A program made the position numbers and the translations under genes. The notes beneath the pieces were generated by a model that was not told the DNA's origin, made no database searches, and saw only the letters and a list, made by a program, of their open reading frames with translations. A DNA stretch of 59,287 nt, the filler included. It is 4 parts of 4 records of this genome, joined end to end, with 100 filler letters (N's around TTAATTAATTAA, not from the genome) between each part and the next. Parts side by side here need not be neighbours in the genome. Positions count along the whole stretch, not along the records: positions 44,023 to 59,287 come from SRR2962707_4291; 3 more parts are not named here. One strand, given 5' to 3'. This document shows positions 48,300 to 57,235 of the stretch, piece after piece (the stretch's first letter is position 1; every line of letters begins with the position of its first letter).

Positions 48300-49226
48300 A
48301 TGAGCCGCCTCACCGCCAACCTTCTACTCCTTTTTGTTGGCGCCATATGGGGCATGGGCTTTATCGCCCAATCGGTGGCGATGGATCACATCGAGCCATT
48401 GTTTTATACCGGCATTCGCTTTCTGGCCGCTGCCTTGGCGGTTCTGCCCGTTGCCTTCTGGGAGGCGCGCAAAATTGCCGCTAAAAACGAAGCGCAAGGA
48501 ACTGCAGCAGATACAAAACCTTTCGCGCTTCTGCCTGCCTATTTGCTGCTCGGCACCATTCTGTTTGGCGCGCTCGTCACCCAGCAAATTGGTTTGCTGA
48601 CGACCACCGTCACCAATTCAGGCTTTTTGACCAGTCTTTATGTGGTTCTAACGCCGCTATTGGCCATCGCGATATTCCGCCAAAAGCCCCACTTCATCGT
48701 CTGGCCTGCCGTCGCGCTGACATCCACAGGCATTTATCTGCTGTCGGGCGGCAATCTGTCCGCGCTGACACGCGGTGATTATTGGACCTTGGCTGGCGCA
48801 GTGCTTTGGAGTTTCCATGTGCTTGTGCTGGGCCGCGTGATGAGCCGTCCAAATGTTCACCACCGCCCGTTCATGCTCGCCAGCAGCCAGTTTTTTGTCT
48901 GCGCCTTTTGGGGCATTGGCCTGTCTTTCATTTTTGAAACACCGACATTGACCAACCTCGGCGATGCAGCTTTTGAAATCCTGTTCGCTGGAGTCATCTC
49001 CGGCGGCGTCGCCTTCTCGCTGCAGGCAGTTGCCCAGCAATATACAACTGCGCCGCAAGCAGCTCTTTTCATGTCTTCCGAAGCGCTCTTCGCTGCTCTT
49101 TTCGGCGCCATCTTTTTGGCCGAACGCATTGCGCCAATCGGCTTGATTGGTTGCGGTTTCATCTTCGCCGCTCTGCTCTTGGTTGAACTTGTTCCACTGT
49201 TTATGACACGCAAGAAACATGCCTAA
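48300..49226 (+). CDS. DMT/EamA family transporter
   Basis: IWGMGFIAQ, SGFLTSLYVVLTP and SEALFAA; about 10 TM segments. Confidence 0.9.
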   Translation: MSRLTANLLLLFVGAIWGMGFIAQSVAMDHIEPLFYTGIRFLAAALAVLPVAFWEARKIAAKNEAQGTAADTKPFALLPAYLLLGTILFGALVTQQIGLLTTTVTNSGFLTSLYVVLTPLLAIAIFRQKPHFIVWPAVALTSTGIYLLSGGNLSALTRGDYWTLAGAVLWSFHVLVLGRVMSRPNVHHRPFMLASSQFFVCAFWGIGLSFIFETPTLTNLGDAAFEILFAGVISGGVAFSLQAVAQQYTTAPQAALFMSSEALFAALFGAIFLAERIAPIGLIGCGFIFAALLLVELVPLFMTRKKHA

Positions 49227-49379
49227 ACTGGCCGGTTCAAAAGCCACAATTTAGCCGCAAATAAGCCGCGAAAACACCGCTTGCTAAGGCCCTAGTTCCT
49301 GATTACATGCGCCTTGCCTAGCAGTGCAATCAAAGTGATTTGCCTCCTGATACTAGGTTACTTTTTGGAAAATATTACG

Positions 49380-49619
49380 ATGAAAAAAATCATCCTTTCA
49401 CTCGCTTTCGCAATGGCGACACTTGCATCTGCACACGCTGCTGAAATCATGGGCGTCGTTGCTTCAGTTAACACTGAAACAATGATGATCACATTGGACG
49501 ACGGCACAGAAGTTCAGGTTTCTGCTGATGTTGCCCTTGATGATGTTGTTGAAGGCGCAAAAGTAACAATCGAAACAGATGACAACAACGTTGCAACAGA
49601 CGTTATGATCACTGAATAA
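49380..49619 (+). CDS. small secreted OB-fold protein (DUF1344-like)
   Basis: Signal peptide, GVVASVN...ITLDDG and GAKVTI. Confidence 0.7.
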   Translation: MKKIILSLAFAMATLASAHAAEIMGVVASVNTETMMITLDDGTEVQVSADVALDDVVEGAKVTIETDDNNVATDVMITE

Positions 49620-49637
49620 TTTTCGTTTCGAAAAGTA

Positions 49638-49671
49638 GCAAAAGCCGGTGCAATTTTGCGCCGGCTTTTGC
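49638..49671 (+). terminator. intrinsic terminator
   Basis: GCAAAAGCCGG...CCGGCTTTTGC. Confidence 0.75.
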
Positions 49672-49731
49672 ATTTCTAGCCCTTGATAAATGTGCGCGAT
49701 AAACGCACAAATAGCTATCACGGAGCGCAAA

Positions 49732-50127
49732 ATGCCAAAACCAACGCCCATTGCCCCGCGCGGCGAATTAACATTGCGCACATTGGCCATGCCAAGCGAC
49801 ACCAATCCAGCAGGCGATATTTTTGGCGGATGGGTGATGTCTCAAATGGACTTGGCCGCAGGCATTCGCGGTGGTGAACGCGCTGGCGGGCGCGTGGTAA
49901 CAGCCGGTGTCAATGAAATGTCCTTTGCCAAGCCGGTCAAAGTCGGTGACACCGTGTCGATCTACACAGACATTGTGCATATCGGGCGCACATCCATCAC
50001 GCTTTATATTGAAACTTGGGCGCGCCGTGGCCGCACAGAATTGTTCGAGCGCGTCACCTTTGCCAATTACACCATGGTGGCGCTGGGCTTAGATGGAAAG
50101 CCGACACAAGTGCCTAAAGAAGACTAA
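49732..50127 (+). CDS. acyl-CoA thioesterase (YciA-like)
   Basis: AMPSDTNPAGDIFGGWVMSQMD and PVKVGD. Confidence 0.9.
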   Translation: MPKPTPIAPRGELTLRTLAMPSDTNPAGDIFGGWVMSQMDLAAGIRGGERAGGRVVTAGVNEMSFAKPVKVGDTVSIYTDIVHIGRTSITLYIETWARRGRTELFERVTFANYTMVALGLDGKPTQVPKED

Positions 50128-51632
50128 TAGCTGCCTTCGCCGGAATAGTTTTCGCCATAATAAAGCTGATAGCTGTTCATCTCATAGCCAAAGGCATAGA
50201 TCTCAACACTGCGCACAAATGTGAATTTGCCAAATGTGCCCTTGAGCGCCTCATCTACCGGCAAATAATCATCGGCCAAGATCAGCGCATTTTTGCCTTT
50301 AAGCGCCTTTTGATCAAACCAGAAATCAAATTGGTCATTGCGCGCACCCATCTTTTCAATGTCCGTGCGCCCGGTTTGCAGCGATAAAAGCGATGCGGTG
50401 CGGTAATCCGTTGTGACGATAAAGTCTGCACCTAGGCGCTCTTCTTCACCTTCCGCCGCCGCCGCAAGCTGATCGAGCCCATAGGAAATATCGATATCGC
50501 GCACGGCGTCATTGCCCGGCATTTTATCAATTGGATAAAGGCCGTAATTGACCATCAGCCATGTGCCAATCGTCAAGCAAAACACCACATGCAGATAAAG
50601 CTCGAGCCGCGAGCGCACGAAGAAAACCAGCACCGGCATCACAGCCGCATAGGCCGCCATGTTCCAATAGGGTAAAATCGTATTGGATGCGCACAGCACA
50701 ACAAATGTCAGCGTAGACGCAATCACCACCCAGCGTGCAATCTGGCGAAAATCACGCAAAACACTCGTGCTGCTCGGCAACACAAAACGCACCAGCGCGA
50801 GCACAAAGACCGGCCCTAACATCACCAGCGAATTGATCGCGAAAAATCCGAGATTGTCCGCAATGCCGCCGCCGACCGTTTGGCCAATCCGGTCCTCTAA
50901 ATTATAGCGAAAGGACGGCCAATCATGCTGCATATTCCAAATGATGACGGGGCTTTGCATCGCCAAGACAAGCAGCCCACCCGCCCAAAATTGCCAGTGC
51001 AAAAGCCAGCGCCGACCCATCGGCGTTAAAAACGCAGTTAGCGCCACACCCACGGCAAGAAACACCCCATTATATTTGGATAGGCCCGCCAAGCCGATAA
51101 ACACGCAGGCGGCGAAATAAAGCGCCCATTTAGACGCGCCAGCGCGGTCACTTTGAACAAACAGCGCCAAAAAATGACACGCCGCCATGGCCATCACAAT
51201 CAGCAGGCAATCTTGAATCGCAACAGACTGAAACCGCATAATCATCGGCGTTAGCATGATGAAGATTAGCGCGGCTAAAAACGTATCGAGACTGCGCTTG
51301 GGCACCAGTCTTTTGCACCAAAACCAAATGAGATAAGCGCTTGTCGCCATGCAGGTCAGCGTCACAAGCCGCGCCGCATAAAGCGACTTGCCAAAGATGA
51401 AAATAAAACCACCCTGAAGCCACGCCAAAAGCGGTGGATGGTCATAATAGCTAAGCGCGGGATGCTGCGCCCAAAGCCAATAATAGGCCTCATCGGCCGA
51501 CGGTATCATCAGCCCAAAATAGACAATTTTAAAAGCAATTAGAAAAGCGAAAAACAGCCACAGAACAAAGCGCGGCGGCAGAACATCCGCCGCCCATTTA
51601 TCCAGCGCAGATTGATCGCTCAATGGCACCAT
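50124..51632 (-). CDS. GT-C membrane glycosyltransferase (ArnT/PMT family)
   Basis: DEAYYW, SYYDHPP, LSKY and PVIIWN. Confidence 0.88.
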   Translation of the reverse strand: MVPLSDQSALDKWAADVLPPRFVLWLFFAFLIAFKIVYFGLMIPSADEAYYWLWAQHPALSYYDHPPLLAWLQGGFIFIFGKSLYAARLVTLTCMATSAYLIWFWCKRLVPKRSLDTFLAALIFIMLTPMIMRFQSVAIQDCLLIVMAMAACHFLALFVQSDRAGASKWALYFAACVFIGLAGLSKYNGVFLAVGVALTAFLTPMGRRWLLHWQFWAGGLLVLAMQSPVIIWNMQHDWPSFRYNLEDRIGQTVGGGIADNLGFFAINSLVMLGPVFVLALVRFVLPSSTSVLRDFRQIARWVVIASTLTFVVLCASNTILPYWNMAAYAAVMPVLVFFVRSRLELYLHVVFCLTIGTWLMVNYGLYPIDKMPGNDAVRDIDISYGLDQLAAAAEGEEERLGADFIVTTDYRTASLLSLQTGRTDIEKMGARNDQFDFWFDQKALKGKNALILADDYLPVDEALKGTFGKFTFVRSVEIYAFGYEMNSYQLYYGENYSGEGSY

Positions 51633-52414
51633 CAGCCCATGCTGCAATAGTTCTTATTGCGGCTGCGCAAATCAAAATGGAAATGATCGCCGTGATCGCG
51701 GTCGCCAGGGCCTAAAACCGTACCAAATTTTCCGCAGGCATCTGAACGCACCTGATGCAGGAAGCCTTTTTCGCGGAACGCAAACAGACCCGGCCGCGCC
51801 ACATCAATCACCCGACCATTATTGAGCTTGATCGAACCAATATCCAGCGCGTTGCCTTTTGAGTGCTCCGAATAGGTATTCGTGCGGGCAATCTTGCGGC
51901 ACGAATAAGAAGACATCTGGCGCACTTCGGCGATGCCGCTAAAATAGCGCGAACGCGCAGAAGGCTGCGCATTATCTTGCACCCAATGGGCCATCATCAA
52001 AGCTGTTTGGCAGTTGAGCGTCGCAGCAGGCGTTAGCGCCACATTGCGCGCAAGGCTCGACACTTTTACCGGATTATCAATGCCGCACGAACCATCGCGA
52101 ATTGGCGCAATGTCCTCAAACCGAACGCCCATGCGTTGAAGATCAACGCGGCACTGCACTTCGCTGGCTGGCAATGCGCCGCCAACACCGCTTGCACCGG
52201 GAAACACCAAACGCGGAAAACCAAAGGTTGATTGCTCGCCCGCATTGGACATAGCGACGTTGGAGGCAACATTAGAAGGGGCAACTTTGGTGGCCGACAA
52301 TGGCACACCGTCCATCCAGCTTTGGCCGCCGCCACAGCCCGACAATGTCACCATTGCCGCTGCGCTAAATAGCCAACCTACTGATTTAAAAACATGATTT
52401 CTCACGACCAACAC
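51632..52414 (-). CDS. extensin-like C-terminal domain lipoprotein
   Basis: Lipobox LSGC, SYSCR, SEHSKGNALD and VLGP...HGDHFHFD. Start codon uncertain. Confidence 0.85.
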   Translation of the reverse strand: MLVVRNHVFKSVGWLFSAAAMVTLSGCGGGQSWMDGVPLSATKVAPSNVASNVAMSNAGEQSTFGFPRLVFPGASGVGGALPASEVQCRVDLQRMGVRFEDIAPIRDGSCGIDNPVKVSSLARNVALTPAATLNCQTALMMAHWVQDNAQPSARSRYFSGIAEVRQMSSYSCRKIARTNTYSEHSKGNALDIGSIKLNNGRVIDVARPGLFAFREKGFLHQVRSDACGKFGTVLGPGDRDHGDHFHFDLRSRNKNYCSMG

Positions 52415-52523
52415 CCTGATTTTCTGCCATGCCCGTCGGCACGTATAGATTAGGGTGCATCATAACGGGGCAAGGTGAATCAGACGTGAGTTAAGATGGT
52501 GAATAAAACGTAAATGCAGACAT

Positions 52524-52554
52524 AAAAAAACGGCGGGGAAATCCCCGCCGTTTT
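52524..52554 (-). terminator. intrinsic terminator of the cold-shock gene
   Basis: AAAACGGCGGGG-AAAT-CCCCGCCGTTTT. Confidence 0.85.
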
Positions 52555-52578
52555 CGATCAGTCAAATGCGATTGCTAA

Positions 52579-52788
52579 TTAAGCAAGTGCAAGTGTGCTA
52601 ACAGCAATTTTGCCGCTGCGTGAATCGGCTTCAGTTTCGAAAGAAACTTTCTGGCCTTCAGCAATCATGTTGATGCCAGCGCGCTCAAGAGCAGTAGCGT
52701 GTACGAATACGTCGCTGCCGCCATCTTCTGGTGCGATAAAGCCGAAGCCTTTTTGGCTGTTATAAAATTTTACTGTACCGTTAGTCAT
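52579..52788 (-). CDS. cold-shock protein (CspA family)
   Basis: [15 protein letters not shown] and DVFVH. Confidence 0.95.
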   Translation of the reverse strand: MTNGTVKFYNSQKGFGFIAPEDGGSDVFVHATALERAGINMIAEGQKVSFETEADSRSGKIAVSTLALA

Positions 52789-53087
52789 GTTTTCGTCCTT
52801 TGAATGCATAAATGCGTATGGCTCGGGCGCAGGAATTGCGCCCTCTTCCGTAGTGTTCGAATTTTGAAGAAAAGCCTGAAGTGCGCGCATCCATCTATGA
52901 TGGGACGAAGAAGACAAGGAGTCCGGCAAATGTCGATGGTTAGAACCCTATAGAGTAATTGCGGTGATAGCAAGGCGTGAAAAGGTACCTATGCCAAGCG
53001 CGCGCTATTTAACCTTACGGACATTTAACTTGTTCACGCCGTTTCCAGCTTTTAGGTTAAATCCATACAGCTTGGAGGAACGCGCGC

Positions 53088-54023
53088 ATGACAAGAAAAA
53101 CACACACAAACTGGCATCAGCCAAAATCTTATTTGGCAATCGCTAGCTTTGCCCTTTCTGTTTCAACTGTCGGCGGCGCATCAGCGCATGATATGACCGA
53201 TGAAATGCTCACCAACCGCGCCGGAAATTGCGCAGACTATGTGGCGGCAAACACCGCTGTGGCCGTCGATGTGCAACGCAATATAAAACATAACGCGGCA
53301 GTCGACATCACCTCTGATGGCAAAACTTGCACCATCGCGTCAAACGCGGTTCCCAATCATAATTTTAATGCGACAGGCCGTTTCGCCACAGCGTTTAAAG
53401 AACAAAATCAAACCTACACAATGACTGCCAAACCAAAAATTGAGAGCAAACCAACAGCGCTGAGCCTGCAATATGATAATGCCGTGTTTTTAAACGGCGT
53501 GAAGCTCGATCTGCTGGCGGCGGGTTGCTACGGCGTTGGCGATGGCAAGATCGGTTGCTTTCAAATGGGCACGCCCTACCGCTATGACCCGATGGCTGGC
53601 ACGTCCGATTTTGGCACCGATGAACACAACGCCCACACCCAGCCAGATGGCACCTACCATTATCATGGCAACCCAATGGCGCTTTTTGAGCAGGATAACC
53701 CAAAAGAGGCCTCGCCCGTTATCGGCTTTGCCGCAGATGGATTTCCCATTTATGGCAGCTACATCAATGACAATGGCACCATCCGAAAAGCAAAATCGAG
53801 CTACAAGCTGAAATCAGGCAAACGCAGCGGCGGCCCGGGCGGTTCCTATGACGGCACTTATATCGACGATTGGGAATATGTCGCCGGCTCTGGCGATTTG
53901 GACGCCTGTAACGGCATGAAGCAAGATGGCAGCTATGGCTATGTTGTCACCGATGCCTACCCGCATGTTCTGGGCTGCTTTGCGGGCAAACCAGATGCAT
54001 CATTCCAAAAACGCCGTCCCTAA
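53088..54023 (+). CDS. secreted YHYH-domain protein
   Basis: HNAHTQPDGTYHYH, IGFAADGFPIYG and GDLDACNG; signal peptide. Confidence 0.85.
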   Translation: MTRKTHTNWHQPKSYLAIASFALSVSTVGGASAHDMTDEMLTNRAGNCADYVAANTAVAVDVQRNIKHNAAVDITSDGKTCTIASNAVPNHNFNATGRFATAFKEQNQTYTMTAKPKIESKPTALSLQYDNAVFLNGVKLDLLAAGCYGVGDGKIGCFQMGTPYRYDPMAGTSDFGTDEHNAHTQPDGTYHYHGNPMALFEQDNPKEASPVIGFAADGFPIYGSYINDNGTIRKAKSSYKLKSGKRSGGPGGSYDGTYIDDWEYVAGSGDLDACNGMKQDGSYGYVVTDAYPHVLGCFAGKPDASFQKRRP

Positions 54024-54201
54024 GGGGTGTAGGCTGACAGACGCAATGGAGTGATTCAGAATTAGGTGGGCGTGGACAAATTACTTAATTTTGCGACTTT
54101 TCAACGGCCGCTTCGAGCCCTTCTCTGCCCCTTGAAAGCGACAAGGCGATTGACGCTTGCGGCCCAAAGCCAACATTCGGGCATCACGCAGCAACACGAC
54201 T

Positions 54202-56850
54202 TCACTCAAGTATGAAGCACCATTTAGTGTTTAATAGAGATGGTATTCGAGTATTGAAAATCAGTTCTTGAGAAAGTTGAATCTTCGGATCACGATTAAG
54301 TTTATTTTGCATCATTTTTACAAGGATATCCGTTCCTCGCGAACCCCTCATAAACTCCTCTGCAGGTAACGATCCACCACCGTTTTTCTTAAATTCTTTC
54401 ACAAATTCCTCATCAGAAATCCGTTTCACCCGATTTCCAAAAACGGCAATTTCATTTAACATTTCTACTTCAAAAAACTCAGGCGTTAACGAGTCATATG
54501 AATGCGTTTCCAAAAATGTATCGTATCTGATGTTTGCTGGTATAAGGATGCGTTCCTTTTCTTTAACAAGAGCCTCTAAGAATTTAGCTGTTTTGACTTT
54601 TCCTTGGTGAAAAATGAAGGGAAGCTCCAACTTAGATCCCAGCACTAAATATGAAAACGTGCCAACTTGCATTTGCTCTGATGTTTTCAAGAGACCGAGG
54701 TCAGTTCTCTTTATTTGGTCTTCAAGCCAAACGTCGGTTGCATTGCAAGGGACACCTACTTCAGAAAGCTCGCGCGATGCCCTTGTAGTGAAGCCGTCTA
54801 CAACGCCTACATGTGGAATGGGTTCACCGCTTGTGGACTTAAGTGAAGTTCCCCTCGCACCCCCAATAATGCCACCTACCGCAACGTGGCCTTCTCTAAT
54901 TCGATAATCATGATCATCAAGAATTGCTTCTAGGTTCAAAGCGGCTCTGCCGAAACTATCCCCCTTCTCGTCAAGAATAGGGCGCAGCATAACTTTCGGA
55001 TCGAATCGCTTCCAAGAAAGACCCTCATCGCCGGAAAATAACTCATGCAGTAAATCGCATGCTTCACTCCCATAGACATCTGGCATGTGGAGAAAACGGT
55101 CCCCGTTCCTAAGATCAGTAAAACTCACTTCTACATCCAAAAAGGATACCATCGTCAGTAAGCTGTTCTTTAAATCGAATGACATTTGGCCATCTCTGCT
55201 TCCAAGAAGGCCTCTTCCGAGGTGTAATGGTTGTCCTTTGGGAGGGAGTAGGTCTACTTTTTTTAGTGAAAGCGTTACTCGTGTTGATTTGTCTGTCGGA
55301 AGATCGTTATTTGCGTCAGCCCTCAATAGTGGGCGCGTAACCAAACCGCGAAACTCCAACGCGTTCACATCCTTCTTTCCAAGATCATACCGTCTCGACA
55401 CCACGGTCACGTTACTTGAAAAATCAAAAAGGGAGAAAAAACCGATGCCAAATTTTCCTATGTGCTTCACTCTTGATGCACTCAGTCCGGGAAATTCATC
55501 ACGTAATGTGTCTGAAGACCAAAACGACGCACCAAAATCAACTAGTGTGGTTGTTAGCACCCTTTCACTCATGCCTAAGCCATTATCGTCAATGTGAACT
55601 AGGCAGTTATCGTCTTCACTCGGATGTTTTTCTATTACAACGTCAATTCTACCAAAATTTTGACCTCGCTGCTCAAGGGCACGGCGTGCTCTGATTGCGT
55701 CGGCTGAATTTTGGATCATCTCTCTAAAGGGTACAAGAATATTGCGGCCATAGAGGTTTTCGCCACCGAGTTTTCGAGCTAAGGCCATTGGGTCCGTCAC
55801 CCGAATACTCGCATCGATTGGGTGCCAGTTGGTGGTTTTAACAAACTTCGCGAAAGCCTGCGAAGAGCTGGCTCCAGCAACACGCTGAGCGACAAATGAA
55901 TTCAATCCAATCTCTGTCAATAGAGCATTTGATTGACTAATCTCATTATTTAAAACGTTTGCTAGGTCATATGCTAGCCACCAAGCATCAGCTTCGTGTG
56001 TAGTAAAATCAGAAGAAGATGTAAAATGAATGGAATCACCCTTTATCGTCGGGCGGTTTAATTTGCTTTGCGCCTGCCAATGAGCTTTCGAAAATCCCTT
56101 TGGATTAACAGCAGCATGCAAAAGAAGTGGCGCTCGAGTTCGATCAACTTGGGCTGCATCTGCACATCTTAAGATGCATGCGAGTTTTTGCTCGTTTATG
56201 TACCAAGGTGCAGGAAGGCTAGGACTACCGCCGAATTGTGTGGAGAGTTCATCTGCCACTCGACTAATTGACCAATGGTGACTGTGTGCAACCCGTCCGA
56301 TGCATTCGCCAAACGCTTCACGAAGCTCGCTGTCTTCGAGAAGAAAAATAGGATTACCATTTCCAGCATCCCATGATTGAGTGCACATTTTCCCTGCTTG
56401 TTTTGCGTGTAATTCACGTAAAATGTTGAATAGTAGTGAACTTTCTTGATCAGGCGTTATTTCATCATTTGCTGACCTCTGCATTTCACTAGCTCTGAGG
56501 TCGTCCCAGAGCTGAAGCTTTTTCAGGCCTTCTCTACCTTCGGGATAGGCAAGAGTTGTAAGGCCAGCATCATGGATTAGGATTGCAGCACCTAAAACAA
56601 AAGCCTCTGCAGGATTTAGCTCCCAATCGCCTCCACACAACATGTCAGCAGAGACCCATAAAGCATCCAAGTGACTGATGTCATGAACCGTCAAGTCTTT
56701 GCAATCGTTTGGAATGTATGTGACAAGCCCTTCGACGTGCTTACGCATCGAAAGAAGTGCTGTGCAGAGCCTTGATCTTGCCTCGGCGTCTACATCAACT
56801 TTTTTAGTAGAAAAAGCGTGTTGCCAAAGTTTTGTGCTTTGAATACTCAT
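54202..56850 (-). CDS. HD-domain (HD-CE-like) fused to HSP90/GHKL ATPase
   Basis: TVHDISHLDALW, LIHDAG, SHHW and RCADA, then LYG...REMIQNSADA, DDNGLGMS and IGKFGIGFFS; visibly AT-richer than its neighbours. Confidence 0.85.
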   Translation of the reverse strand: MSIQSTKLWQHAFSTKKVDVDAEARSRLCTALLSMRKHVEGLVTYIPNDCKDLTVHDISHLDALWVSADMLCGGDWELNPAEAFVLGAAILIHDAGLTTLAYPEGREGLKKLQLWDDLRASEMQRSANDEITPDQESSLLFNILRELHAKQAGKMCTQSWDAGNGNPIFLLEDSELREAFGECIGRVAHSHHWSISRVADELSTQFGGSPSLPAPWYINEQKLACILRCADAAQVDRTRAPLLLHAAVNPKGFSKAHWQAQSKLNRPTIKGDSIHFTSSSDFTTHEADAWWLAYDLANVLNNEISQSNALLTEIGLNSFVAQRVAGASSSQAFAKFVKTTNWHPIDASIRVTDPMALARKLGGENLYGRNILVPFREMIQNSADAIRARRALEQRGQNFGRIDVVIEKHPSEDDNCLVHIDDNGLGMSERVLTTTLVDFGASFWSSDTLRDEFPGLSASRVKHIGKFGIGFFSLFDFSSNVTVVSRRYDLGKKDVNALEFRGLVTRPLLRADANNDLPTDKSTRVTLSLKKVDLLPPKGQPLHLGRGLLGSRDGQMSFDLKNSLLTMVSFLDVEVSFTDLRNGDRFLHMPDVYGSEACDLLHELFSGDEGLSWKRFDPKVMLRPILDEKGDSFGRAALNLEAILDDHDYRIREGHVAVGGIIGGARGTSLKSTSGEPIPHVGVVDGFTTRASRELSEVGVPCNATDVWLEDQIKRTDLGLLKTSEQMQVGTFSYLVLGSKLELPFIFHQGKVKTAKFLEALVKEKERILIPANIRYDTFLETHSYDSLTPEFFEVEMLNEIAVFGNRVKRISDEEFVKEFKKNGGGSLPAEEFMRGSRGTDILVKMMQNKLNRDPKIQLSQELIFNTRIPSLLNTKWCFILE

Positions 56851-56929
56851 ACTGCCCCCTAAGTTTCTACCTTCTCCATATTCCTGGATTGGCTAGGTTG
56901 CAATGAATATGACCACCGCACATCCCTTT

Positions 56930-56959
56930 AGCGTGGTTTAATACAGCGTGGTTTAATAC
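56930..56959. repeat. 15-bp tandem duplication
   Basis: AGCGTGGTTTAATAC x2. Confidence 0.9.
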
Positions 56960-57235
56960 TAAGAAACGGCATCAATTGATTTATATTAATGCCAGTGTTG
57001 TCTAGTACGACTTTTGAACTTCTCAGTTATAGCTAATGGCAGCTTCCCGCCCAAAGTTGCCGTCGACCTAGACCAATATTTTGGTCACTTCGTCCGCACC
57101 TGACATTCGACCGTCGCCAAAAGGGGCGAGTCCACTCAAGTTAAACCGCACTCCTGACATACCCTTGTCAGGAGCGGGGCAAAATATCCGCCCCCACCCC
57201 CTTTTCGAATCCCGCTCCTATGCCCATATTAGGGC

